64,000 nucleotides of DNA from an uncultured delta proteobacterium (lineage in GTDB: Bacteria > Desulfobacterota > Binatia > UBA9968). Under the pieces are notes generated by a model. That model had not been told where the DNA came from. It was given only the letters and a program-made list of their open reading frames with translations, and searched no databases. The position numbers and the translations under genes were made by a program. Numbering within the stretch: position 1 is the stretch's first letter; each line of letters opens with the position of its first letter. Positions 11,045-20,825 of this stretch are shown one piece after another. The stretch lies in assembly GCA_963760795.1 (NCBI GenBank), contig CAVXEP010000019.1, forward strand, positions 256,001 to 320,000, in the 5' to 3' direction.

Positions 11045-11995
11045 ATGACCAAGCTCAAAATCACTTTGGCCCTAGGCTCCTATGACCGGCACGCGCCTTT
11101 GCTCGAAGGCTGCATCCAACACCCGGATATAGACATCGATTATATCGAGTGCGACCCGCAGCAGGGGCGCCATGAGCGGTTTTTGCAGCATTGGGAATTC
11201 GATGCCGCGGAGCTGTCCTTTTCATCGTACTGCATCGCCGTCGATCAGGGCATGCCGGTGCATGCGGTGCCGATCTTTCCGCGCCGGCTGTTCAGCCAGT
11301 CGCAAATGTACAAGAACGTTAACTGTGGTATCGCGACGCCGAAGGATTTGGTTGGTAAGCGTATCGGCTTGAGTGGTTATCAAAATACTTTAGGTGTGCG
11401 CGCCAAGGGCGACCTGATGCACTTTTACGGCGTCGATCGAAAGTCAGTGACCTGGATCACGCCAGGTAAGGAAGTGGTCGATGTCGAGTTGCCCGCCGAT
11501 TTGAAAATTGAAAGTCGCGGCAGCATGGCCGAGATCGAGCAGGAATTTGTCGACGGCAAAATTCACGCGATGTTCGTGTCGCGCCTACCCAAGCCCTTCC
11601 GCGACGGCAACAAGAACTTGGCCCGGCTGTTCGCCGATCCGCAAGCCGAAGAAGAACGCTATCTGCGCGAAGAAGGCTACTTCCCGATCATGCATGTCTT
11701 AGCGTACAAAAAAGACTTGGCCGAGAAATATCCGAAGCTTTCGCGCGCGCTTTTCGATGTCTTCGAACAAGCCCGCTCCCGCGCTACGCAGCGCTGGGTC
11801 GATCCCAACTGGTCCATGGTGATGTGGGGCAGGAAAGAGCTGGAGCGAGAGATAGAGTTGTGTAGCTTCGATCCGTGGAAGAACGGTCTAGACGCCAACC
11901 GCAAAAACATCGAACGCTTCGCACTCTACAGCTACGAACAGGGCTTGACCAAGCGGCGGCTCACGCCGGAGGAATTGTTTGTGGGAATCGAATAA
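11045..11995 (+). CDS. 4,5-dihydroxyphthalate decarboxylase-like (periplasmic-binding-fold) protein
   Basis: LALGSYDR, FDAAELSFSSY, PIFPRRLF, FPIMH, DPWKNGL..NRK motifs; no signal peptide. Confidence 0.8.
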   Translation: MTKLKITLALGSYDRHAPLLEGCIQHPDIDIDYIECDPQQGRHERFLQHWEFDAAELSFSSYCIAVDQGMPVHAVPIFPRRLFSQSQMYKNVNCGIATPKDLVGKRIGLSGYQNTLGVRAKGDLMHFYGVDRKSVTWITPGKEVVDVELPADLKIESRGSMAEIEQEFVDGKIHAMFVSRLPKPFRDGNKNLARLFADPQAEEERYLREEGYFPIMHVLAYKKDLAEKYPKLSRALFDVFEQARSRATQRWVDPNWSMVMWGRKELEREIELCSFDPWKNGLDANRKNIERFALYSYEQGLTKRRLTPEELFVGIE

Positions 11996-12015
11996 GAACG
12001 TTTTGAGTTTAGAGT

Positions 12016-13353
12016 TTACCGTTCTTCGGACAACTGAAAATTGATAACTGTCGACTCCCGCCGCGGTGGCTTTGCCAACAGCACCAAGAACGCTGAAGTA
12101 AACAGCGCACAAGAAAAAATCGTGAACGAAAGATCATAGCTGCCGGTGCGGTCATGCAGAAAACCGAAGAACGGCGCACCGCTGGCGGCGAATAGATGCG
12201 AGAACAGCATCGATAGGCCGCGCACGGTGCCGAGGGAGTTCCGGCCGAAGAAATTGGCCCAGATCACTTCGCGCAAGACGAAGCTTCCCGCCAAACCTGT
12301 GCCATAGAGAAAAAAGCCAATATAGGTGACATGAATTTGCCGACTGGTGATGGCGGTGATCAGGCCGATGCCTTGAATCAGAAACTGGATACAAGAAACT
12401 TTTCGGATATCGAATTTGTCGGCGAGCATGCCCCAGACCAGTGTCGAGCCCAGTTGCGTGATTGCGATGGTGCTCATGAACGAAGCGGCGACAAGCGGTG
12501 AGTGGCCGATGTCGGTGACATAGGAGAAAATGTGGAGATTCAAACCGGCGATGCCGACGCTGGCGATGCCGAAGGTGATGACGAGCACCCAAAATGTCCC
12601 TGACCGAATGGCCTGGGCACGAGTCCACACCGTTTCGTCAGAACTTTGTGCCGGTTGTTTTCGGCGGTCGTCGGTTCTGGATTCTCGCGGCTCTGCAATG
12701 GCGGCCAGGGGTGGATCGCCATCTGGGCGGAGTCCTAAGTCCTCGGGTTGGCGGCGCACGAAAATCAGCGCCGGGGCGACAACTAACAGCGGCGCGATGA
12801 TGCCGAAGATCGCCCAAGTGTAGCGCCAGCCGACGAGGACGAACAGCGACGCGGCGGCGATCGGGATACTCAGCTTGGCGACACCGGTGCCGAGGTTGGC
12901 GATGCCCATGGCGCGGCCGCGCTTGCGCACGAACCATTGGGCGATGGTGACGTTGATCACCAGGGAACCGAGCAGTGCTTCGCCGGCGATGACCAACGAG
13001 CAGCGCACGACGACGAACTGCCAAAAACTCTGCACCAAGCTCGAAAGTAACAGCCCCGCGCCTTCCATGAGCACGCCCAAGACAAGCACGCCACGCCCAC
13101 CATGGCGGTCGATCCACGAACCGAGCATGGGCACGATCAACGCGGCGACGCCGATCTCGAAAGTACGAATCAGCGAAAATGCGCCGCGAGTTACGCCAAG
13201 CTCTTCGGTGATCGGTTTGAGAAAAATGCTCAACGTGCTGGAAAAGGCGAAAGTGCCTGCGATGTTGACGAGAATGCCGACGGCAACGATGTACCAGCCG
13301 TAGAAGAAACGGGGCTGAATGGCGGAGCCATCCGTCTTGTGATGTGCGGTCAT
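12016..13353 (-). CDS. MFS transporter (OFA/MCT-like)
   Basis: FFYGWYIV, WFVRKRGRAMG, P.DLGLRPDG, GMLADKF motifs. Confidence 0.9.
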   Translation of the reverse strand: MTAHHKTDGSAIQPRFFYGWYIVAVGILVNIAGTFAFSSTLSIFLKPITEELGVTRGAFSLIRTFEIGVAALIVPMLGSWIDRHGGRGVLVLGVLMEGAGLLLSSLVQSFWQFVVVRCSLVIAGEALLGSLVINVTIAQWFVRKRGRAMGIANLGTGVAKLSIPIAAASLFVLVGWRYTWAIFGIIAPLLVVAPALIFVRRQPEDLGLRPDGDPPLAAIAEPRESRTDDRRKQPAQSSDETVWTRAQAIRSGTFWVLVITFGIASVGIAGLNLHIFSYVTDIGHSPLVAASFMSTIAITQLGSTLVWGMLADKFDIRKVSCIQFLIQGIGLITAITSRQIHVTYIGFFLYGTGLAGSFVLREVIWANFFGRNSLGTVRGLSMLFSHLFAASGAPFFGFLHDRTGSYDLSFTIFSCALFTSAFLVLLAKPPRRESTVINFQLSEER

Positions 13354-13420
13354 ATCTGCAGCTGACGCCCGTGATGTCTATCGAATGGCTATAGCGTTTG
13401 AGGGAAGTTCTCCGAACCCT

Positions 13421-13457
13421 GTAGGATGCGGTGAGTCTAGCGAACCGCACCAATCCT
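13421..13457. repeat. GTAG-type REP-like palindrome
   Basis: GTAGGATGCGGTGAGTCTAGCGAACCGCACCAATCCT: GTAG head plus GCGGT/ACCGC stem. Confidence 0.55.
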
Positions 13458-13512
13458 CCAACATTCCCGGCTCGCAATAGCGAAGTTCAGGACAGTGAAA
13501 TAGGCGGCAAAT

Positions 13513-14586
13513 TTACTTGGCCGCCTGCGCGACCGGTCGCAGTAACTCCGCTAAATGATGCTTCCACCACTTCGCTCTGCCGGTGGTGCCGTGGCCGGCG
13601 GTTTCGTCGCTTGCTGGGATCAGCATATATTGGCCGTGCTTCACGCGCTTAATCTCGCGTTCCATGATCCCTAGCTCGGTGGGATTTCGTTCGTCGTCGG
13701 CGGAGTTGATGGCGAGGAGGCGAGCTTTGATGCTTTCTAATTTGGCCGCGGGATTATAATCGCGGGCAGACTCGTACTGATAAATCAGATCGTTGGCGTC
13801 GGCCCTCGACGTTTGCGCTAGGCGCTGGTTGACCAGCTGATCGGCTTTTTCCCGCGTCGGCGCCGCCTTCTGAAGTGCCTGGGTGCCGCCGTTGGTGGCG
13901 ATACTAAAAAAAGTTTGCGCCAGCTGAAGGCTGCGCGGTTGTTTGGTGTAGTTGCCGCCGTTCCACTCCGGGTCGCTGCGGATCAATTCGATCATCATGC
14001 GGCGGGTTATCCAGTTGCGGCCGGCCATTTCGACCGGCATGCAGGCCATCGGCGCAAGAGCGTCCATGAAGTCCGGGTACAGAGTTCCCCAAATCCAGGT
14101 TTGCATCCCGCCGCCGGAATTTCCCATAACCAGACGCAAACGACGTACACCGAGGTGCTCGGTGGCCAGTCGATATTGCGCCCGCACTAGATCGTCGGAG
14201 TTGTAGCGGGGAAAGTTTGTCCGCAACCCATCGGATGGCTTGGATGACTTTCCGGCGCCGATAGCGTCCGGAATAATAATGAAGTAGCGAGTCGCGTCGA
14301 GGGGTTGTCCTGGACCAAACAGTTCGCCGGCGAAGTCGTTGTTCAGAAAATTCGTTCCAGCGCCGCCTGTACCGTGGAGGATCAACACCGGTTCCCCTGA
14401 GGGAGACCCTACGGTGGTGTAATGCAATCGCAGCTCCGGCAGCACTTCACCGGTGTGAAAGCGGAAATCGCGCACTGCCCAGTTTCCTTCCTTGGGCGCC
14501 GGATAGTCGGCGGCCTGGAGTGAATCAGCGATAGAAAAACCGAGCAGGCCGCAAATGACGATCGACAAGAATTTAATATGTTTCAT
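13513..14586 (-). CDS. secreted alpha/beta hydrolase, homoserine O-acetyltransferase-like
   Basis: Signal peptide; LHYTTVG, LHGTGG, GNSGGG nucleophile elbow, INSADDERNP, GHGT. Confidence 0.85.
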   Translation of the reverse strand: MKHIKFLSIVICGLLGFSIADSLQAADYPAPKEGNWAVRDFRFHTGEVLPELRLHYTTVGSPSGEPVLILHGTGGAGTNFLNNDFAGELFGPGQPLDATRYFIIIPDAIGAGKSSKPSDGLRTNFPRYNSDDLVRAQYRLATEHLGVRRLRLVMGNSGGGMQTWIWGTLYPDFMDALAPMACMPVEMAGRNWITRRMMIELIRSDPEWNGGNYTKQPRSLQLAQTFFSIATNGGTQALQKAAPTREKADQLVNQRLAQTSRADANDLIYQYESARDYNPAAKLESIKARLLAINSADDERNPTELGIMEREIKRVKHGQYMLIPASDETAGHGTTGRAKWWKHHLAELLRPVAQAAK

Positions 14587-14600
14587 ACGGCCTCCTGTTA

Positions 14601-15444
14601 TTAAGAACGGTCGCTGTTAATTTCCCACCAGTTGCCATTCAAGTCGGCAAATAGAAAAGACGCTGACTTCGTTGGATTCGCTTACTGCTTCAAGCTCGCG
14701 CAGTTGCCAACTTTCGCGATTCGCGGTGAATTCACGATGAGCGTCGTGCACCGCTGTCGGCGAGTCTAATGCGACGGTGAAACGTTGATAGCGAGACAAC
14801 CGGGGACGGTTGGGATTTTGCGCTTGAATGCAGACGATGTACCACGGCGTGTCGGCATGTTTGACGTAGCAGGAGCTGGGCCAGAGTTTGACCACTTCCA
14901 AGCCGAGGGCTTCTTTGTAGAAACGCTCGGATGCGGCGAGGTCGTCGTTCTCTAACGTTCCGTGGGTCAGCGCTTGGGGTACGTAGCCTTTGCCGGCGAA
15001 AGTTTCTGCGGCTAACGGTTTTGTCCAGTGCGGGTTGGTGGTTTTGCCCATGCCGTGCTCGACGGCGTGTTCGTAGGACTCGATCTCCCAGTAGTTGCCG
15101 CCGGGTTCGTAAAAGTGGACCGAGTAGGCGTTGTGGTTCTCGCGCGGCTTGATCACTTTGATGCCGAACTGGTTCTTGCGGCTCTCCAAATATTCCGTCG
15201 CGGTATCCACTTCGGCGTTAGTGGCGACGCGCACGCCGTAATGGTTGCGCATGGACTTGATCGGCGCGGCGGGGCCGTTGGCATGGACGACGATCTGCCA
15301 GCCGGTGTTTGGATGTTGAAGAATTTTCTCGCCGGCTTTTTCGTCAACCACGTCAAGGGCGAGGAACTCCTTGAGGATCGGCAAAGATTCGTCGAAGGAT
15401 CGGCATTCGTAATGGCCGCTTATCAAACCGGTTGGTTTTAGCAT
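14601..15444 (-). CDS. two-domain VOC/glyoxalase family protein; frameshift near 14665
   Basis: NHYGVRV, FYEPGGNYWEI, LTHGTL...FYKEALGLEV; the second-domain end FLFADLNGNWWEI* is in another frame. Confidence 0.82.
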
Positions 15445-15465
15445 CGCATCTTTCTCCAAAAAAAA

Positions 15466-16515
15466 TTAATTGGGCAGCTTCCCGCCCCACAGCTCCTTCA
15501 AAAATCCGCTCTTCTCTAGATTTTCCGCGAAGCTATTGTCGACGATCTCGTTGGCTTTCTTGCTAACTTTAGCGCCGGTTTCGCGCGCCACTTCCACGGA
15601 ATCCGCCACAGCGTTGAGCGGCACGATCAGGCGCCGGTTCACATGCTTCTTGGCATAGGCATCGTAAGAGGATTGCAACGCGTCTTCGTCGCTGACTCTG
15701 AGTATTTTCGCTACCGACGCCTTGGCCTTTTCGGGATTGTCTTCAACGAATTTGACGGCTTCCGCCAGCGCCGCGACAAACCGCTGGACGGTCTGTCGGC
15801 GCTCGCGCAGAGACTTGGCGTTGGTGTGCAACGAGCTGTATATCGCCGGCAAGCCCAAGTCATTCATATGGTAGACCAGATTGAATCCATCCTTCTTGCC
15901 GCGCGCGTCCATTGGCGGCGTGAATGGCCCGGAATCGATAACGCCTTGCATCATGGCGTTGTAGCGCTCCGGCTGGCTGCCGCCGACGGGCCGGATCTGC
16001 GTGTCACTAAGCCCGAACTTCTTCACGAAGATTCGCAGCAGACGGTAGGGCAGGCCGGCGACACTGCCGACGCCGATGGACTTCCCTTTCAAATCTTGCA
16101 CCGTGCGGATTTCCTTGCGCGCGATGATCACGTAGGGCAAACCGACCAAGGGCGAAGCGAGCAGCATGGCGTCCCGGCCCACGGCCATACCCGGCAGAGT
16201 CGAGTCGGCGGCGCAATAGAGAAACTGCACTTCGTCGGCGCCGAGGGCGGCAAGGTTGATATTCGTGCCGCCGCGGATGACGACATGCTTGATCGCGATG
16301 CCGTACTTTTCAAACAGGTTCTGGTCGAGGGCGGTATAGAGTTGGATAAACCCGCCGGAAACGGCGCAGGTGGCCACGTAAACCGTGACCGGCGCTTCGC
16401 CCGGCTTTGCCAGGTACGGATTGGCGCGCGCAAATGACGCCGCGAAAATGCATAGGACGACGACGCCGATGGATAAAAAACGTCTTACGGTCTTGGTGTT
16501 CGGGTGCAATGACAT
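15466..16515 (-). CDS. NMT1/SsuA-like ABC substrate-binding protein
   Basis: Signal peptide; DLKGKSIGV, SLHTNAKSL, C-terminal VDNSFAENLEKSGF. Confidence 0.88.
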   Translation of the reverse strand: MSLHPNTKTVRRFLSIGVVVLCIFAASFARANPYLAKPGEAPVTVYVATCAVSGGFIQLYTALDQNLFEKYGIAIKHVVIRGGTNINLAALGADEVQFLYCAADSTLPGMAVGRDAMLLASPLVGLPYVIIARKEIRTVQDLKGKSIGVGSVAGLPYRLLRIFVKKFGLSDTQIRPVGGSQPERYNAMMQGVIDSGPFTPPMDARGKKDGFNLVYHMNDLGLPAIYSSLHTNAKSLRERRQTVQRFVAALAEAVKFVEDNPEKAKASVAKILRVSDEDALQSSYDAYAKKHVNRRLIVPLNAVADSVEVARETGAKVSKKANEIVDNSFAENLEKSGFLKELWGGKLPN

Positions 16516-16557
16516 GATTCCCCTCGGCTAAAGTTGCGCGTTTCGGCTGTCCGATAA

Positions 16558-16575
16558 GACAACAGCGCTGTTGTC
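16558..16575. promoter_or_regulatory. perfect 18-bp palindrome, candidate operator between divergent genes
   Basis: GACAACAGCGCTGTTGTC equals its own reverse complement; minus-strand TTGACA at 16577-16582 is adjacent. Confidence 0.5.
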
Positions 16576-16665
16576 CTGTCAACCACTTGCTGGTCATAGC
16601 GAGCGGCTTGAAAAGCTGAACGGACAGCACTAAGAATGGCGGCGCAGGTTGCTCCGGAGGTTGTC

Positions 16666-17745
16666 ATGCTGATTCTTTCCAACGACGACATCGAAAAAAT
16701 TCTTCCGGTGGGCGCGTGCCTCGACGTGCTCGAAGAAGCGTATCGAGACCTCGGCAACGGCATGGCGGCAACGGTGCCGCGCTACGACGTTTTCAGCCCG
16801 ACGAAATCATCGAATGAGTTCTACGAGTACAAAACCATGAGCGGCGTGCTGCCCAATCGCGGCATCGCCGCGCTGCGGCTCAACTCCAGCGTGGTCAAGT
16901 GGTACGAGAAGGCGGGCGGCGTGCGCAAGGACAAACTGCCGGTGGCCGGCGGCGACCGCTACGTGGGGCTGATGATGCTGTTCAGCACCGAGACCGGCGA
17001 ACCGCTGGCGATTTTCCCCGATGGCTATGTGCAGAAGTTGCGTGTTGCCGGCGCCAGCGCAATCGCCGCGCGCTACCTGGCGCGCAAGGATTCAACCACG
17101 ATGGCGTTGCTCGGCTCGGGCTGGCAGGCGAGCGCGCATCTCGTCACGATGGCGATGATCCGTGATTTGAAACAGGTCCGAGTCTTTAGCCCGACGCCGG
17201 AGTCGCGCCGCAAGTTTGTCGAGGATTGGCGCGATAAGGTGACAGCGGAACTGATCGAATCAGCCAGCGCCGCCGAAGCGATTAAAGACGCCGACATGGT
17301 GATCTGCACGACCAACTCGATCTCGGCGTTGTTTCCCGGCGAGCTGTTGCAGCCGGGCATGCATGTGTCGTGCGTTAAGCCGTGTGAGCTCGATGCGCTG
17401 ACGTACAAGCGCGCCGATCCGCTGATCATTCACTGGCGCGAGGCGAAACCGTTTCAGATCGCCATCGGTGTCGATCCGCAGTCGATCCCCGATATTGCCG
17501 AGGGCTGGCCCCACCCGATCACGCGCGAAGACACGGCGATCTGGGATTTGCCGACGATCTCGCAGTTGGTCAATGGCCAGCATCCAGGGCGAGTTCATGA
17601 CGAGGCGATCAGCTGCTTTTGCAACAATGTCGGCCTTGGTTTGCAGTTCGCCGCCGTCGGCAGCGAAGTATTGGCGCGGGCGCGGGAGGCGCGAGTAGGT
17701 CGGGAGATTCCGACGGATTGGTTTTTGGAAGATGTGCATCCGTAA
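16666..17745 (+). CDS. ornithine cyclodeaminase/mu-crystallin family protein
   Basis: LFSTETGEPLA, LRVAGASAIAARYLAR, LGSGWQA, GLGLQFAAVG motifs. Confidence 0.9.
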   Translation: MLILSNDDIEKILPVGACLDVLEEAYRDLGNGMAATVPRYDVFSPTKSSNEFYEYKTMSGVLPNRGIAALRLNSSVVKWYEKAGGVRKDKLPVAGGDRYVGLMMLFSTETGEPLAIFPDGYVQKLRVAGASAIAARYLARKDSTTMALLGSGWQASAHLVTMAMIRDLKQVRVFSPTPESRRKFVEDWRDKVTAELIESASAAEAIKDADMVICTTNSISALFPGELLQPGMHVSCVKPCELDALTYKRADPLIIHWREAKPFQIAIGVDPQSIPDIAEGWPHPITREDTAIWDLPTISQLVNGQHPGRVHDEAISCFCNNVGLGLQFAAVGSEVLARAREARVGREIPTDWFLEDVHP

Positions 17746-17794
17746 TATTTTGTTCAAGGTTCAAACGTTCAATGTTCAAGGTCGGAAAGGCGCA

Positions 17795-18776
17795 ATGGTT
17801 GTCGCTGCTCTTTTCGTGTGGCTAGCGTTTACTTCCTATCCGCATTGCCGCGCAGACGATCAAGCTCAAGGTCGCTTATCCGACGACGGTCGGTTCGATG
17901 GCTGTGGTTTGGGTCGCCAAAGAGGCCAAGCTTTTTGAGAAGCATGGACTCGATGTCGAGCTAATTTATGTCGCGGGCAGCTCGCGTGTTGTCCAAGCAA
18001 TGCTCGCCAAGGATATCCCGATCTCGGAGATCGCCATCCCCGCGGTGATCCAGGCCAATCTCGCCGGCGCCGATCTGGTGATGCTCGCCGGACCCAATCA
18101 CAAACCGGGGCAGAAGATTATGGTCAAGCCCGAGATCAAGCGGCGGGAGGACCTCAAGGGCAAAAAAATCGCTATCAGCCGCTTCGGCACATCGGACGAT
18201 TTTCTTCTGCGCTATGTGCTCGGTCAATGGAATCTTCAGCCCGACCGTGACGTAGCGCTGATCCAAATGGGCGGCTCGCCGGAAACGCTCGCGGGCTTGG
18301 CGGCGGGCGCTGTCGACGGCGGCTTGCTCGCTTCACCGCTCCATCTCCAGGCTGCCAAGTTCGGATTCAGTTTGCTCGCCGACCTGAGCGCCATCGGCGT
18401 CGACTACCAGGGCGCCGGTGTCGTGACGACCCGTTCGTACATGCGCGAGGCGCCGGACACGGTCCGCCGTTATCTGCGCGCCTACGTCGAAGGGCTGCAC
18501 CGATTCAAAAGCGACAAAGCCTTCGCGGCGAAAGTTATCGGCAAGTATTCGCGCATGACCGATCCCGATGCTTTGGAGGAAACCTATCAGCACTATGCCG
18601 TCAAAGTGATGCCGCGCGTGCCGTACCCGACAATCAAAGGCATTCAAATGGTTCTTGACGAGATCGGCACGCGCACGCCCAAGGCCAAGAGTCTCGCGCC
18701 GGAGAGTTTTATCGACGTGAGTTATTTGAAGGAACTGGAGCAGGGCGGTTTTATCAAGAAGCTTTATGGGGATTAG
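17795..18776 (+). CDS. NMT1/SsuA-like ABC substrate-binding protein; frameshift after the signal peptide
   Basis: FEKHGLDVEL, DLKGKKIAISRFG, PYPTIKGIQ, FIDVSYLKELEQGGF; hydrophobic leader from 17795 is in another frame. Confidence 0.85.
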
Positions 18777-18807
18777 AGCCTATTCAAGAAAATACCAGGA
18801 GAATTCG

Positions 18808-20427
18808 ATGATGCGATTCAAAGGTGCAATTGTCGGATGTCTTTTGATCTCGGAGACGGTTCACGCGCAGCCGGCGCCGAAGACGGTTATAAAACTTGAC
18901 GGTTTGCCGTCTTGTTCAGAGATATTGCCAAGTAAGAAAGAAGTTGCCGGCAATAGCTCGGGGCCGGACGATTGCCGTATCCTTTCGCAGCAGAAGGTGT
19001 TCAGCATTCAAGGCCAGGTGTTCGAGCGCATGGAGCTGCGCATTAGCGGCAACGTCGAAGGTTGGGCGGTGAAGGATGGCCGGCGCGGTAATTATTTCAA
19101 CGACGCGCCGGATATTGTTTTCGCCCAGTCGGAAAATCCCGGCAAACGTTTCAAAGGTATCGCCCGATACGACGGCGGCACCGGCCATGGCATGTCGTTG
19201 TTTTTTCCGGCGGACCCGAAGCATTGGAACGGCAAGCTGTTCGTCACCGCCCATGGCGCCGGTTCCTATGGCTCGGTGGGCACGCTGTTGCCGCGCGATC
19301 CCAAGGCGGACTTCAATTCGCTGCTCAATATCAATCGTTTTGCAGGGTTGTTGATCGACAAAGGTTATGCCGTGGCGCATACGCTGCGCTCAGCCGATCG
19401 CCTCGGCGGCGACGTCGCGGCATCCCTCGAAGACGGCACGACGCTCAACGTCAACGTCAGCACCCACGCCGGTTTCATCGTCAGCTTCGCCAAGAGCGCG
19501 GAAAATATGCTGCAAGCCAAACTCGGGCGCAAGCCGCAGAAGACTTACTTCTACGGGTTTTCGGCAGGCGGTTTTCTTGGCCGGTTGGTGCAGTATCATT
19601 CAGGCTTTAACCGCGACGACGATGGCAGTGCGATGTTCGACGGTTTCATAGTGGACGATGCCGGCGGCGGCGACTGGCGACCGATTTTGCTCGCCGACGG
19701 CAAGGACACGCTGCTTACCAGCGATGACGACAAACGCCGATTCGTGCCGCAGATCGATATCACGCATCAGCTCGATGTCGGTGACAACGACAGCAGCATT
19801 CGCAAAAAACGGGAGAATGCCTTGTTGCTTAAACAAAAAGGGCTGGCGGACAAACATCGCGTCTACGAGATCAAGGGCTTGGCGCATATCGACGCCGGCC
19901 TGGTGTCGCGCGCTGACCATGTCGCGCAAGCACTGGATTTGGGCGGGATTATGGACGCCTTGGTTGACCGTTTGGATGAGTGGGTGGTCGCGGGTAAAGC
20001 GCCGCCGCCGTCACGCGCGGTAATTCCTGCGCTGGGCGGCAAGAGCGAAGCCGTCGCGATGCCGGAGGTCGCCTGCCCTTTGGGCGTCTATCATATTTTT
20101 CCAGAAGTCTTGGGCGAGTCCCTGCGCGGTAGTCAGGAAACATCTTTTGCCGCTTTCGACGGTATGAATCTCGAACCGCTGGATGCGCGCGGGAAGCTGG
20201 TCGACATGAACGGTAACGGGGCGCGGGACCAGCGTGAGACGGTGGAGCAGGCGTGGCGGCGGCTCGGATTGCTCAAGGCCAATGAAACGTTTAACCGTGC
20301 GAAGTATGTTGCCTGCGTAACCCAAGCCGCGACAGCGCTGGCAAAAGACGGGTTCCTGCCGGCGCGGGTGGTGAACCACTATGTTAGTAAGGCGCATTCG
20401 GCGCCGTTGGTTCAGATAGCTCGCTGA
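18808..20427 (+). CDS. secreted alpha/beta hydrolase-fold protein of unknown function
   Basis: Signal-like N-terminus, WNGKLFV, YFYGFSAGG elbow, RVYEIKGLAH; EF-hand-like DMNGNGARD. Confidence 0.7.
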   Translation: MMRFKGAIVGCLLISETVHAQPAPKTVIKLDGLPSCSEILPSKKEVAGNSSGPDDCRILSQQKVFSIQGQVFERMELRISGNVEGWAVKDGRRGNYFNDAPDIVFAQSENPGKRFKGIARYDGGTGHGMSLFFPADPKHWNGKLFVTAHGAGSYGSVGTLLPRDPKADFNSLLNINRFAGLLIDKGYAVAHTLRSADRLGGDVAASLEDGTTLNVNVSTHAGFIVSFAKSAENMLQAKLGRKPQKTYFYGFSAGGFLGRLVQYHSGFNRDDDGSAMFDGFIVDDAGGGDWRPILLADGKDTLLTSDDDKRRFVPQIDITHQLDVGDNDSSIRKKRENALLLKQKGLADKHRVYEIKGLAHIDAGLVSRADHVAQALDLGGIMDALVDRLDEWVVAGKAPPPSRAVIPALGGKSEAVAMPEVACPLGVYHIFPEVLGESLRGSQETSFAAFDGMNLEPLDARGKLVDMNGNGARDQRETVEQAWRRLGLLKANETFNRAKYVACVTQAATALAKDGFLPARVVNHYVSKAHSAPLVQIAR

Positions 20428-20601
20428 CAGAAATCGAAACACTCGTGCAGGCTGATTCTTGAGCGGCGTTGAAATTTCTTGGAATTCGCGAAAATACCAG
20501 ACTGATTAACAGGTCGACGGACGCGCAGCCTTTGAGATTTGTCGATTGCTGTGAGTGTAACTTTGAATCAATTTATTTTTTTATGTCGCTCAATTATCTT
20601 A

Positions 20602-20630
20602 TTGACAGAGAAAAGCCACTTTCGTAAACT
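20602..20630 (+). promoter_or_regulatory. sigma70-type promoter
   Basis: TTGACA (20602-20607), 17-nt spacer, TAAACT (20625-20630); AT-rich upstream region. Confidence 0.8.
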
Positions 20631-20662
20631 AACGATCAGCAGGGAAAGGAGGTGGTCCAGAC

Positions 20663-20704
20663 ATGATTGATTTAAGTACTGGCTGTGAGGTGGCTGAGAC
20701 TTAG
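20663..20704 (+). CDS. 13-aa small ORF MIDLSTGCEVAET
   Basis: ATG 10 nt after GGAGG of a very strong SD; TAG at 20702-20704. Confidence 0.45.
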   Translation: MIDLSTGCEVAET

Positions 20705-20772
20705 GCTCTAGGCGGCGACTCTGAATGGAGATTCGGGCCTAGAGCCTGAGAATCTCCCTCAGCCACCGCAGT

Positions 20773-20825
20773 GGCCCGCTGCACCGGTCGCGCAAGCTGC
20801 CGAGTGTAGCGGGCCTTTTATTTTT
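20773..20825 (+). terminator. intrinsic terminator
   Basis: GGCCCGCTGCAC...GTGTAGCGGGCC stem followed by TTTTATTTTT; overlaps the stop of the convergent HEAT gene. Confidence 0.8.

Larger units (their letters stand above)
20637..20825 (+). ncRNA. candidate small RNA / small-peptide mRNA with extended complementarity to the 16S 3' end
   Basis: Bounded by promoter and terminator; GAAAGGAGGTGGTCCAG; long hairpin 20683-20771; start position is estimated. Confidence 0.65.

Noticed and set aside
20644-20662. Minus-strand 16S rRNA gene 3' end or fragment
   Set aside because: The match stops after ~17 nt; the expected continuation (CCGCAGGTTCCCCTAC...) is absent, so this is not an rRNA gene
20637-20825. 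6S RNA or tmRNA
   Set aside because: The length fits 6S, but the 5' end does not pair with the 3' end around a central bubble; there are no tRNA-like tmRNA ends. A cmscan run is still advisable
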